The notes below the pieces were generated by a model. The model had not been told where the DNA came from. It was given only the letters and a program-made list of their open reading frames with translations, and did not search any database. Of a DNA stretch of 45,130 bases, positions 31,199 to 42,290 are shown in pieces (position 1 is the first letter of the stretch; every line of letters begins with the position of its first letter). Origin of the DNA: Octopus bimaculoides (lineage: Eukaryota); NCBI RefSeq assembly GCF_001194135.2, contig NC_068983.1, forward strand, positions 16,572,795-16,617,924, in the 5' to 3' direction. Made by a program: the position numbers and the translations under genes.

Positions 31199-34100
31199 CC
31201 NNNNNNNNNNNNNNNNNNNNNNNNNNNNNNNNNNNNNNNNNNNNNNNNNNNNNNNNNNNNNNNNNNNNNNNNNNNNNNNNNNNNNNNNNNNNNNNNNNNN
31301 NNNNNNNNNNNNNNNNNNNNNNNNNNNNNNNNNNNNNNNNNNNNNNNNNNNNNNNNNNNNNNNNNNNNNNNNNNNNNNNNNNNNNNNNNNNNNNNNNNNN
31401 NNNNNNNNNNNNNNNNNNNNNNNNNNNNNNNNNNNNNNNNNNGACTCTCTTTCTATCTGCTGTAATATTTCACATACACACACATGTATCACTCACATAC
31501 ACACTTTTCTTTGTATGACGGCCTGTCTTTGATTATGTTATTATATGCCGCATTCACACTCTCACACAGACATACATCTTTAACGCTACAATAAATATCT
31601 CTGTTATTCATCTTATACGATTGTGGTCTTTCATTACTGGTCATCTATGTTATCGTAGCATAACATATTAGTATATCATCTTTGATATATATTATTTTGT
31701 GTTCGACCGTGTGACACGTTTAAATAAAAGGAGTCCTCTGTTCTTCCATTCGTCACCATTTCTCCTTTTTTGAGTTCGCACGGTCGTCCCTTACAAATTG
31801 ATGAAAGTGTAGGAATTCGAACCCCAACTGCAAAATTATCAGTTTGTGATTGTGTGTGTGTGTTTATGCTCTTCCAGCATAAACACTGATGATGGTTCTG
31901 CAATTTCCTAATGCACAACCTGCACAGCTGATTTGTTTATAGTGACCAAATTTTTGTACACTACATTCATCCTTTCCCTCCATCAAATCGACATTGCCTG
32001 TACAAGTGCATACTGTGTCCCAATCAGATGTCCAAGTGAGTGCAGGGCAATATAAAAGGAAGTATTTTGCTCAAGAATACAACACACTGCTCGATATGGG
32101 GGTCGAAACCACGATCTTGCGATCGTGAGAGAAACAGCCTAACCACTAAGCCTTGTACCTTCACTATAGTGTGTTTGTGTGTGTGTAATTCGAATGGTCA
32201 TAACTGAAACGTTTTAACCATTGGCTTGCTCGAGCAGGGCTGACGTAGAGGCTGCAAGACAACAGCCAGAACAGTAATATCAAGAATGTTTATTCCTGCT
32301 GTACACCCTTAAAGTTTCGGCGAATGTTTAGACTCACAATCTGCTCCCGTCATAACTGATGACTTCATCGCTTTTTAACAGCATCCCTCAAAATTTAGAC
32401 TTCCCTTCCAGACCCAGAAAATATTTTTTGAGCCAGATCAGTCGTCGACATTCTCACAAAGAACAAGTACCACCCACATAAAAGTGAAGAAGGTGATTGT
32501 TAGACGTCCATTTCTTAAGTCACTGACGCCCCATACATCGCCAAAATGCCAACACTTCTCAAGCTTTAGAAAATATTGCTGAAGAGGCTTAAACTTAGTG
32601 GTTTACTACTCCTCTTCCTGCTGCTGTTGTTTTTACTGCCTCTCCGCTTCAATCCACATATTCTCTCTTTCGTTTTCCTTCCTATTCCTCTCGTTAAATT
32701 CTCTCTCACACACACGCACAGTGTATGGTATATTTAATTTGTCTCTCTATCTCTTATATGCTCTAATTAATAATTTCTTCTTTCTGATTTTCATTCTACC
32801 TTATCTTTCTTTTTCTCTCTAAATTATTTCTGCAATTCTCTTTCTTCCCCCCCCCCATGCTCTACTTCTCCCTATTTCTTTCCAAACCTTCGTTATTTCC
32901 TTTCTTCTCTCATTCTCACAGAACTCACAATCACTCCTTCCCAGTCCTATGCTTTACTTTTTACCCTTCCAGTCCTATATATACTCTTTCTATTCCTTTC
33001 CCCACTACCATTATTTACATGCTACTTTCTCTCTCTCCTGATACTCTTACTCTCGACCTCTCTTTCTTCCTCTTCTATTCCTTCTCACTCCTATTCTCAT
33101 TCTCCGCCTCTCTTCTATTCATTCTCACTCCTACTCCTATTCTCCGCCTCTCTCTCTTTCCTTTCTTCGTTTCGTAAACTTACAATGATATATCATTAAC
33201 CTCTCACAAGGTACCCACCGCAAATTATTCTTACGGATCGATTCACATGTAGTAAGCACGCGATTCTCTTGTTTATTTTCTTCCCATTTTAAACTGCATG
33301 ACTTAAATGTGTATATATTCTTCCTTCTTTGGTCTTACAGTCACAAATGGTTTCAGAGGATGAAGAGAAGCGCTAGATATTGTTCTTCTGTTGTTTATTT
33401 CACTTAAGGTTCACAAAGCTTGGTCTGCTCACACTAATATGTTTTCATGTGCATGACTTCTCGTGTTTATGCATATATATATATATATATATATGTGCGT
33501 TAGAGTACCTGTTTAACTACTTATAAACAAACACAACTACTAAGTTGGTCTAGAAGTACACACGAACCATTATCTATACACACAGCTATAACTACAGAAC
33601 AGTGTGATGGAGTAAACTTCCCGCACCTAAGCATAACAACAGAATTAATAGACACAGTGAACTGCAGACGAATTCACGCTGGAAACCAGCACAATTAGAT
33701 GGAGCCAGCTACCACAATCGATTCCTCTCCACTAAAATATCCTTAGAACAAGGTGATGGAAAAAAACTACCATCAAATCTTCTATGTAACCATGAAATAT
33801 GAAATGAAGTGATTTGCCACTGTGAAAACCTCCCTACAAGCAAGTTTCAAAGTGTGATGGAGTGTTTGCTTCTCTGGCGGTCGCGGTGATGAAAATGGTA
33901 AATTTCACTGTTCAGGGCTTCCTTGTTGACTCTTACAACTCTGGGGGTTGAAATATTGAAAGAATAATGAAAAAAGAAACGTTTAAAGGAAATAATAAAC
34001 AAAGAAAGAAATTAGTATCAAGTGAAGCAAACATACGTTTAGTAAATTCAAACATAACATCTATCTTACTATTATTAATTATATTCCTCTAGCTATTTAT

Positions 34101-35509
34101 TTTTCTATACACTTCTTAATGTGTACACTATGTTTATTGAATAGATAGTTGATAAACCAGACATACGTTATTTAAGGCTTCTTGAGGGAAAGTGAGGGTA
34201 GTAATTGTATCTTGATAGTATTTAATTAACACTGGATAATTGAGATTCGACTAACTACCAAACGAAGTACAGCAGGTTTTTTTCCTCGCTATAGATTCAC
34301 ATGCACTTTGACATAGATTTACACTCATATATATATATATATACATTACTTAATAAACAAAAATATGCTTCTCTATTGAAACACGCTATTACATAGATAC
34401 ACTCACGACTATAAATAATATATATTTATATATGTACATTTTTTTCATCTTTAAGTAGACATTCGTGAGTAAGTTAGAAATTATTTATCCACACCCAAAC
34501 ACATACTCCTAAATACATTCAGAATCTTTTGTCAACCTCTTTCACAGTGTTCTTGTGCAGTTAATTACATTTCTAGCTTACAGATACCAGCACGCCTCTA
34601 TAATGAGATACGTCATGCATATATATATGTATACATATACATACGCACGGTAGAGAAACCAAACAATCACACAAGAGAGAGGTCAGTTGAGGTATAACAA
34701 ATAACATCAGCAACTTCAAGAAGTCTGTCGAGTGATTATTAACACTGGGGGAGTGAGAGAGAGGGAGTAAAGACCCTTTAAACTTCTATCTATTCGTCTG
34801 TGATTTATCATGGTTCAAGGAAAAAGAATATATATAAGCGATATATTATGATGATTTTACTATATCTTCATTTTCACTGATATGTATAACAAGTAAGATT
34901 ATTGATATTGTTTTTCGCCTTAAAAACCCGTTTGACTGATTAAGTTAACCTCTCGACATCATATATACATATATTGCTTTACTACTTCATCAACTCTATT
35001 GAATTGTCAGTTGAGAACATTATAAGACTCCCTTTTATGTGTACTGAAGAATTTTGTGACTTGATGCTTCACGAGATTTTATATTTCATTAGATTTTTAA
35101 CCAGTGCTATTATTTGTCAATAAATACTTTGACAGATTTTAAAATTTATTCGATATGATTTATCAAGATGTAATTTACTATGAATTATTTTACATATTTA
35201 AGGTTCACAAATTTTAATTTACCAGGCATATGTTAACTGATGTGGTAGTTTTATTAGACATCAGGTTATTTCTTTTGTTTTTCTATAGTTTATATATTTT
35301 ATACCCCCTACCACTACCACCAAATTGTTACATTACCCTAGTCGTTGGGACTTAAATTTCTATTATGGATATTAATTTTCCTTGGAATGAAACTGTTTTA
35401 AGAGATTTTTATTTATCAAAATTTCCATTTAGCAGAGGATGGTTAGTATAGATTTGTTCTTCTTGTTGTGTACTTACATTTGTCTAATTTTGAGGTTTCT
35501 TCTTTCAGA

Positions 35510-35923
35510 ATGCCGCTCTATGTTAAACAACAGGAGCGAAATACCAACAACAATACTACTAGAAATACTATGATTAATGCCACGGCTGGAAAAGTTGTTC
35601 ATTCAAACTCGAAACATCAACAAAAGCAGCCCCTGCAACACCACCACCACCAACAACAACAACAGCAACAACACCGTTGCAGAGCTGCTCATGTCAAACA
35701 AGCTTTTAAACACGAACCTTCTTACCCCTTCCTTCTGTCACCTCCTTCCAGATACTGTGAGAACATTTTCAGGAGGTTGATGTCCCTGTGCTTTATTCTA
35801 CTGGTGGTGTTGGTGAGGAAATCAGCATGTAATTTTATCAACCAGGTGGCTGTACATATCGAGGGTGGAGTGCAGAATGCAGATAGGATTGCCAAAGAAC
35901 ATGGATTTAAAAATTTAGGCCAA
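35510..35923 (+). CDS. FURIN: Furin-like proprotein convertase (subtilisin S8/kexin family), first coding exon, 138 aa
   Basis: Pyrimidine-rich acceptor tttcttctttcAG ends at 35508 and the ATG is at 35510. A hydrophobic segment LMSLCFILLVVLV is followed by NFINQVAVHIEGGVQNADRIAKEHGFKNLGQ, matching the furin prodomain start (FTNxWAVxIxGG...AxxxAxxHGFxNLGQ). The donor caa|GTAAGT at 35924 is phase 0, as after LGQ in vertebrate furin. Exact paralog identity (furin1 vs furin2/PC5) is not proven. Confidence 0.88.
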
Positions 35924-36978
35924 GTAAGTAAAAGTGATGTTGATTATTTTTTGTTTTGACTCTGGCTCAGCATTTGTTTATATATATATTTATATATACA
36001 CACACATACATGTATATGTTTGTATTGTAGCTACTTGGTGATTGAGTGGTTAAGAGGACAGGTTGTAATTATTTGAACAATACAAAAATCTTTCAGTTTT
36101 TGTCCACAGAAAAGAAACTAATATAAATATTAAAGAAAATAAATACATATCAAATCAGTCCAATACTTTTTAATAAAAAACCACTATATGTAAAATAATA
36201 GCTCACTTTTGATATATTTTACATTTTACCATGGTACCTACATCATCATCATCATTGTTTCACATCCATCTTCCATGCATGCATGGGTAGGACGGATGAC
36301 AGGAGCTGGCCAGGTAGAAAAACTACCCTAGTCTACTGTGTCTGTAGTCTACATCTATATTATATCATATCTTACAGATAAAAATATCCCTGCATATCCC
36401 CTTCCATATCCATTTCTAGCACTGATTATGTAGGCAAAAATGAAACAAATCAGCCCAATTTGAGAGATTTTTAGAAAAGTTTGAGACCCATAGAAAACAC
36501 CCCAGTGGGCCCCACCTGTTGCAAGCCTTTTGCTCTAAGGAAAGCTGGGTCATCAGAGAAGTATCATCACCACTCATGCAAGTGTTTTGCCCTTAACTTC
36601 TTACCCTGAAGGAGACAGCTGCATCCATGTCATGACTCCTGAATGTCCGTTGTTTGTTGCCTTTCTGTGATAGATGTTTTAAACACTTAGCTCTAGGGAA
36701 ATTGAAGCTTCATGAAGTTTGCTTTTCCTCATTTATCAGATCTTGGAATATGTTTTGGTGGTTTATTCTGCCATTGCCTTTAGGAATCTGGTCCTCCATA
36801 TTTATATTTTCTGGATAAAATTTGTAATCAGTGCATTTGATTGAAACAAACTTGTAATATAACAAAATTTTCAGAATACACATTTTCAGTTGTAATGATT
36901 TTATATGCTATGAGTGAGAAATAATTTTAAGTGACCATGTGTATGTATATACATACATGTACATACATACATATATAT

Positions 36979-37083
36979 GAGCCTGGTGTTGCCATCCGGT
37001 TTCACCAGTCCTCAGTCAAATCGTCCAACCCATGCTAGCATGGAAAGCGGACGTTAAACGATGATGATGATGATGATGATGAT
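36979..37083 (+). mobile_element. RTE tail, short copy in the furin intron; opposite-strand copies at 41344-41403 and older ones at ~36240-36300 and ~39862-40030
   Basis: gagcctggtgttgccatccggtttcaccagtcctcagtcaaatcgtcc...(gat)n is identical to the 13982-14083 and 22485-22587 termini. Confidence 0.88.
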
Positions 37084-37101
37084 ATATACGGAGAGAGAGA
37101 G

Positions 37102-37497
37102 GTTATGAGAGGTAATGGTGTCAATAAGACCCAAAGGTGTCAGGTAATGCTGAGTAAGTGCTATGGACAGACTATAGTTAAGCTCCAGGTTCAGTAATAA
37201 TGCAAATAAGGAGTCCAACATAGGTCATATATCAGCATGTGTATATCTAAAAAAGATTTTAAGAAGGTGATAAAAATCCAAGGCTTAGAAAATTTATAAA
37301 TAGAAGGTCTTACAGCTGTTTCCGGGATATTTTATATATCCCTTCATCAGAGATGGTGTGAGAAAATGGTTAAGCAATAGTTATTATAGATAAGATATGA
37401 AATAGAGACTGAAGTGGAAGAATGAAATATCCCGGAAACAGCTGTAAGCCCTGTTTATAAATGTTCTAAGCCTTGGATTTTTATCTCATTCTGAAAA
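37102..37497 (-). mobile_element. Short repeat with a hammerhead motif and a ~75-bp inverted duplication (candidate non-autonomous Penelope-like element)
   Basis: Arms 37257-37332 and 37425-37497 are reverse complements; a second family copy is at 3617-3800. Confidence 0.65.
37308..37353 (-). ncRNA. Minimal type I hammerhead-like ribozyme with palindromic stem III
   Basis: ucu-CUGAUGA-A-gggauau(auaaa)auauccc-G-GAA-ACAGCUGU-A-aga: 7-bp stem II, self-complementary ACAGCUGU, GUA triplet. Stem I is only 3 bp and there is an A/G opposition at the base of stem II. Confidence 0.6.
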
Positions 37498-37526
37498 TTT
37501 TATATATATATATATATATACATGCA

Positions 37527-38953
37527 CACAGACGTGCAGGAAGTAAATAGACACCTTTAATTTTCAAAATCTTTTATTTAATACGCAAAGTGAACGATTG
37601 AAATGTAATTGATAGGTAGGACTACATACTTTAGTATTTAGTTGACATTTCCTTTGCAGTTTTTAATTCAGAAACTCTTTTTGGCGTTGAACTGATGAGC
37701 TTTGTGATTGTCTCTGGTGGAATTTCTGCCCACTTTTCACACAACAATCAAAACAATTCATCTTTAGATTTAGATTTCTGTTGAGTTTTTCATATAGCTC
37801 TATCTAGTATGCTCCAAAGATTTTCATTTGGGTTCATGTCAGGAGATTGGCTCAGCCAAGGAAGCTTTTTGATCCCATTTTCAATCAGCCATTGTTGATT
37901 CCTTTTCGCTCTGTGGCATGGAGCCCCATCTTCCATGAATAAAAACTCATTTTTCATTGTTATTGTGTGAATACATCGGAAGTAGTCCTTGCTTAAGTAT
38001 TTCGATGTATTTTTCAGAGTTTATGGTTCTAACTTCTTCTTCTTGCCTTTAACCCTCCAACGTGGAGTATAGGCCACTTATAATTGAATTCCATGTCACA
38101 TAATTTCTTGCTTCTGTACTTATACTCTGCCATGAATGTCCCCCTTTCTCTAGTTCCTTTTGTGTTGATTATGGTTCTAATGCATTCAATCAACTTAAAA
38201 CGCCCATTGCTGGTGACAGCTCCCCATACCATTACAGAGATACCACCATGTTTCACAGTTGGTTGGAGTCATTTCAAATCAAATTCTTGATTGGGAAGCC
38301 TCCAGACCCAAATACGTCCACTGTCTGATAATAATGCAAATCTGGATTCATCTGAGAAAATCACTCTATCACAAAATGAACTGGATTTTTCTGACATCTC
38401 CTTAGCCCATTTCTTTCTTTACGTGATATTAATTGGTTGAGGGAGAGGTTTTCTTCTAGCTGCTTGTCCATAATACCCAAGCTTATGCAGATATATAACA
38501 CACATTCTTGGACTAACTTCTAGCTGTTTTGCAATGTCAGAAGCCTTCGAACAGGGTTCATTTTCTACAATTCTCTTCAAACAGCAAAACTTTCTTCCCA
38601 AGGGCCCAGGTTGGCCAGGACGAGAATCTGTTGATTCTTTTCGCTGGCTTTTGAATTGCAGCATTATAATTCTATAAGCAGTAGCAAGAGGAATTTGAAG
38701 ATTTTCGGCAATTTTTTGCTGGCTAAGATCAGCCTCAGATTGCCCAACAATACGTGCTCTTTGAAAATCTGACAATTCTGCTGAATTTTTTTGTGCGTGG
38801 CATGGTTACTCTTCACAAATGTTTAATACAATGGCACCTGGAATGAAAAAGAATAATTACATTGTAAATCCTACACTGTTGAAAACATATTAAGACACTT
38901 AGATCAGAAATTTTGAAAATTAAAGGTCTCTATTTACTTTCTGCATGTCTGTG
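37527..38953 (-). mobile_element. Tc1-like (DD34E-type) element with ~44-bp TIRs and decayed transposase
   Basis: TIRs cacagacgtgcaggaagtaaatagacacctttaattttcaaaat and the matching right end; minus strand reads SDFQRARIVG...[35 protein letters not shown] and SQSPDMNPNENLW. Confidence 0.92.
38033..38168 (-). mobile_element. 136-bp 5'-truncated RTE-like LINE end nested in the Tc1 transposase, with 12-bp TSD
   Basis: ttatggttctaa at 38021-38032 and 38169-38180; the insert reads [39 protein letters not shown] followed by an (AAG)n tail. Confidence 0.75.
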
Positions 38954-39427
38954 TATATATATAAAACAATCACACACACATATCTGCATACATCCATTGT
39001 ATATACATATATATTTGTTATATATTTTGGTTATTGATTGAGTAGATCTTAACTCAAGAAAATACTGTCTGTCATAGATACAGAATCAGCATTTCTGTCT
39101 TTAATCAGGTGATACCTTACAACTGAACAATTGCTATAATAAATTCTTGAACTTCTTTAAAAGTTAAGCATGGGCATTGAAGAGAAATGGGATTGTACTG
39201 AAACAATTGTATTTTATCATAATTATCATTTTAAAATCCACTTTTCCATGCTTGCATGGGCCAGACAGAGTTCACTGAAGCAAATTTTCTCTAGTTTGAT
39301 ACCCTTCCTGTTGCTAACCCTCACCTGTTTCCAAGCAAAGTATTATTTTCCCATTGTCAAACATGTTTTGTGGTAGATTGGAAGCTTGTATGATAGTGAC
39401 ACTATCACATAATGCCAACACAGGAAG

Positions 39428-39468
<41 letters not shown>

Positions 39469-39481
39469 AATATGTACATGA

Positions 39482-39833
39482 CAGGCTTCTTTCAGTTTCA
39501 GTCTACCAAATCCACTCATAGGGATTTGGTCAACCGAGAGGCATAGTAGAAGATTCTTGCCCCAAGATGTCATGCAGTGGGACTGAACCTGAAACCACAT
39601 GATTGGGACGTGAACTTCTTAACTAAACAGCTATGCCTGTGCTTATATATATAATGTCTGAGTGCATGCGAGTCATGGCTGGTGTGTTGTTTGTAACTTT
39701 GAAGTTTGCTTCTCAATCATATAGTCTTGGGTTCAGTTCAATTGTGTAGCACTTTGGGCAAGTTTTTTCTGTTATAGTTCCAGACCAATGAATGTCTGGT
39801 AGTTGGATCTAGAAACAGAACCTGAAAGAAGCC
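39482..39833. mobile_element. Head-to-head pair of SINE family A heads (39482-39642 minus; ~39671-39833 plus)
   Basis: Both match the family A head, in opposite orientations, about 30 bp apart. Confidence 0.65.
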
Positions 39834-40235
39834 AGACATGTAAGTGCATGTATACACACACACATCATCATCATCATCATCATCATTTAACATCCGTTTT
39901 CCATGCTGGTGTGGGTTAATTGGTTTGACTTGAGCTGGTAAGGCTAAGAGCTGCACTGGGCTCTATTGTCTGTTCTGGCATAGTTTCTACAGCTGGATGC
40001 CCTTCCTAACGCCAACCACTCCACAATGTACTGGCTACTTTTTGTGTGACACCATCACCACTATCAATTCTTCATTGCCAGACAGATCTTTTTGAGTACT
40101 CTCTCTCTCTTTCTCTCCCCCCCCCTCTCTCTCTCNNNNNNNNNNNNNNNNNNNNNNNNNNNNNNNNNNNNNNNNNNNNNNNNNNNNNNNNNNNNNNNNN
40201 NNNNNNNNNNNNNNNNNNNNNNNNNNNNNNNNNNN

Positions 40236-41338
40236 ATATACATGCATATATGGGTACAGGATGTCACCAACGGTGCAAATAACATACACCTAAGAGATGC
40301 TCGAAATGAGTAGATAGATAGATAGCCGACAACTGATGAAGGGTCCTTTCTCTGTGTTAACTTGTCCTGTTTTCCATTTTCTTCTTTATGTATTTCACTT
40401 CATTTTGTCCTGTAATTACTGCCCACGTCTTGTAACTATCTCTCATGTGTATGTTATTTGCACTGCTGGTGACGTCCTGTACCCATATATGCATGTATAT
40501 ATATTATAATATTTATTTATTTAATTGAACGTGACGTATCCATTCCCGAGTAAGTTTATCTTCACCCAGTTTTTGTGCGACTCACTACTCTGTACTGTTT
40601 CCTTCCTCTCGTCTTTGCTTCCTTTTTCCTCCATCCTTCTCTAATTCCCTTTCTCCTTTCCTTCCTTCACCGTTTTCTAATTTGTCTCTCCCTCTCTCCC
40701 CCCTCTTTCTCTCTCTCTCTCTCATTGTTCACATGTGACCATTGTCCATCCTTCTTTTCCTCGTGACCATCTTTCTTTTCCTCGTGACCATCTTTCTTTT
40801 TCTGCTCAGATATCTAAATGACTGGGTGTTTTTTTTTTTCTCTCTCTCTCTTCTATCTTTTTTCTCTTTTCATAAAAATCCCTCTCCCAGTATTCACTAT
40901 TCTTTTTTCATTCCAGTCTAACGACCCTCCATGTCTGTTTTTGTTCGGTTTCTTTGTATGTCTCCTCTGTTATTTTTTTGTTCCCAACTTTAACCCTCCA
41001 TAAATCCAAAATTTTATTTTAGAATTTATGGGAGCTACTGTCTCTGAAAACTCACATGTTCAAAATGAGGAGTAGATAGACAGCCGACAACTGATGAAGG
41101 GTCCTTTTTCTGTGTTAACTTGTCTTGTTTTCCATTTTTTTCTCATTGTTTACATATTTCACTCGTTTTTGTCCTGTAATCACTGACCACATTTTGTATC
41201 TATCTCTCATGTGTTATTTGCACCGTCGGTGATGTCCTGTACCCATATATGCATATATATATGTATAAATATATATTATATTATTTATTTATTTAATTAA
41301 ATGCGACACATCCATTCCCAAGTAAGTTTATCTTCACC
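40236..41338 (+). mobile_element. Composite element: 63-bp inverted arm, ~270-bp direct repeat 1 (40301-40566), pyrimidine-rich spacer, direct repeat 2 (41060-41338)
   Basis: Both repeats begin ...aaatgag..gtagataga.agccgacaaCTGATGAAGGgtcc and end gtaagtttatcttcacc; 40236-40298 is the reverse complement of 40438-40500 with 5 mismatches. Confidence 0.75.
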
Positions 41339-41636
41339 TGTATATCATCATCATCATCATCATCGTTTAACGTCCGTTTTCCATGCTGGCATGGGTTGGA
41401 TGGCATGACTTTGGTCTGGGAAGCCAGGAAGCTGTACCAGGTTCCAATATATACGACAGGCTTCTTTCAGTTTCTGTCTACCAAATCCACTCACAAGTCT
41501 TTGGTCGGTCCGAGGCTATAGTAGAAAAAACTTGCCCAAGGTGCCAAGCAGTGGGACTGAACCTGGAACAATGTTGTTGGTAAATAAGCTACTTACCACA
41601 CAGCCACTCCTGTGCCTATAACCACTCCTGCATCTA

Positions 41637-41696
<60 letters not shown>

Positions 41697-42072
41697 CAAA
41701 CAAGTGCCACTCCATCATACAAGTGGTGTTGTTCATCTCCAGTTTGCTTTGAAAGCATGTCTGGGCATTGGGAAATATCTTGCTTGGAAACATTAGAAGG
41801 CTAGCAAAAAGAAGGGTATCCAGCTGTAGAAAATATCTCGAATTCCATTTGATCCATATTGGCAAAGAAAAGTAGGCATTACACAGATGATAATGGTGTG
41901 TGTTTGTGTGTATTTATTTGTATGAGGTAAATAATTCACAAATATAACAACAGTTTGACAAAGAAAAGTTTTATAACATAATACAACAATATCTAACTAA
42001 TGGTTTATTATAATATGTACCAATTATCATCAACATTATTTGAACTCGTTCTTTGTGGTTGTTCTCTAAACT

Positions 42073-42290
42073 AGTAGTTCCCAATCATTTTTTGCCTATT
42101 GGACCCCGTTGATTCCTATTTTATTCTATTGGACTCTCCTAGCCAATTGATGTTCAAGAAAATCCTATTCTATTTTTATAATAGAATATTACAAGGAAAT
42201 GTATAAAAAAATTTTAATATATTGTGTATTGTAGAAATATAAGATTTAACAGTAAAATCTCATGTGGACCCCTGTGGAGAACCATTGGTC
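42073..42290. mobile_element. hAT-like MITE (degenerate); related remnants near 10430, 11320 and 24430-24520
   Basis: Termini resemble cagtggttcccaacc / ggttgagaaccactg (tagtagttcccaatc ... gtggagaaccattg) with ggacccc motifs. Confidence 0.45.

Noticed and set aside
35468-35509. Upstream extension of the furin ORF (MYLHLSNFEVSSFR) and read-through VSKSDVDYFLF* after 35923
   Set aside because: The first begins at GTG and is the polypyrimidine tract/acceptor; the second is intron after a consensus GTAAGT donor.
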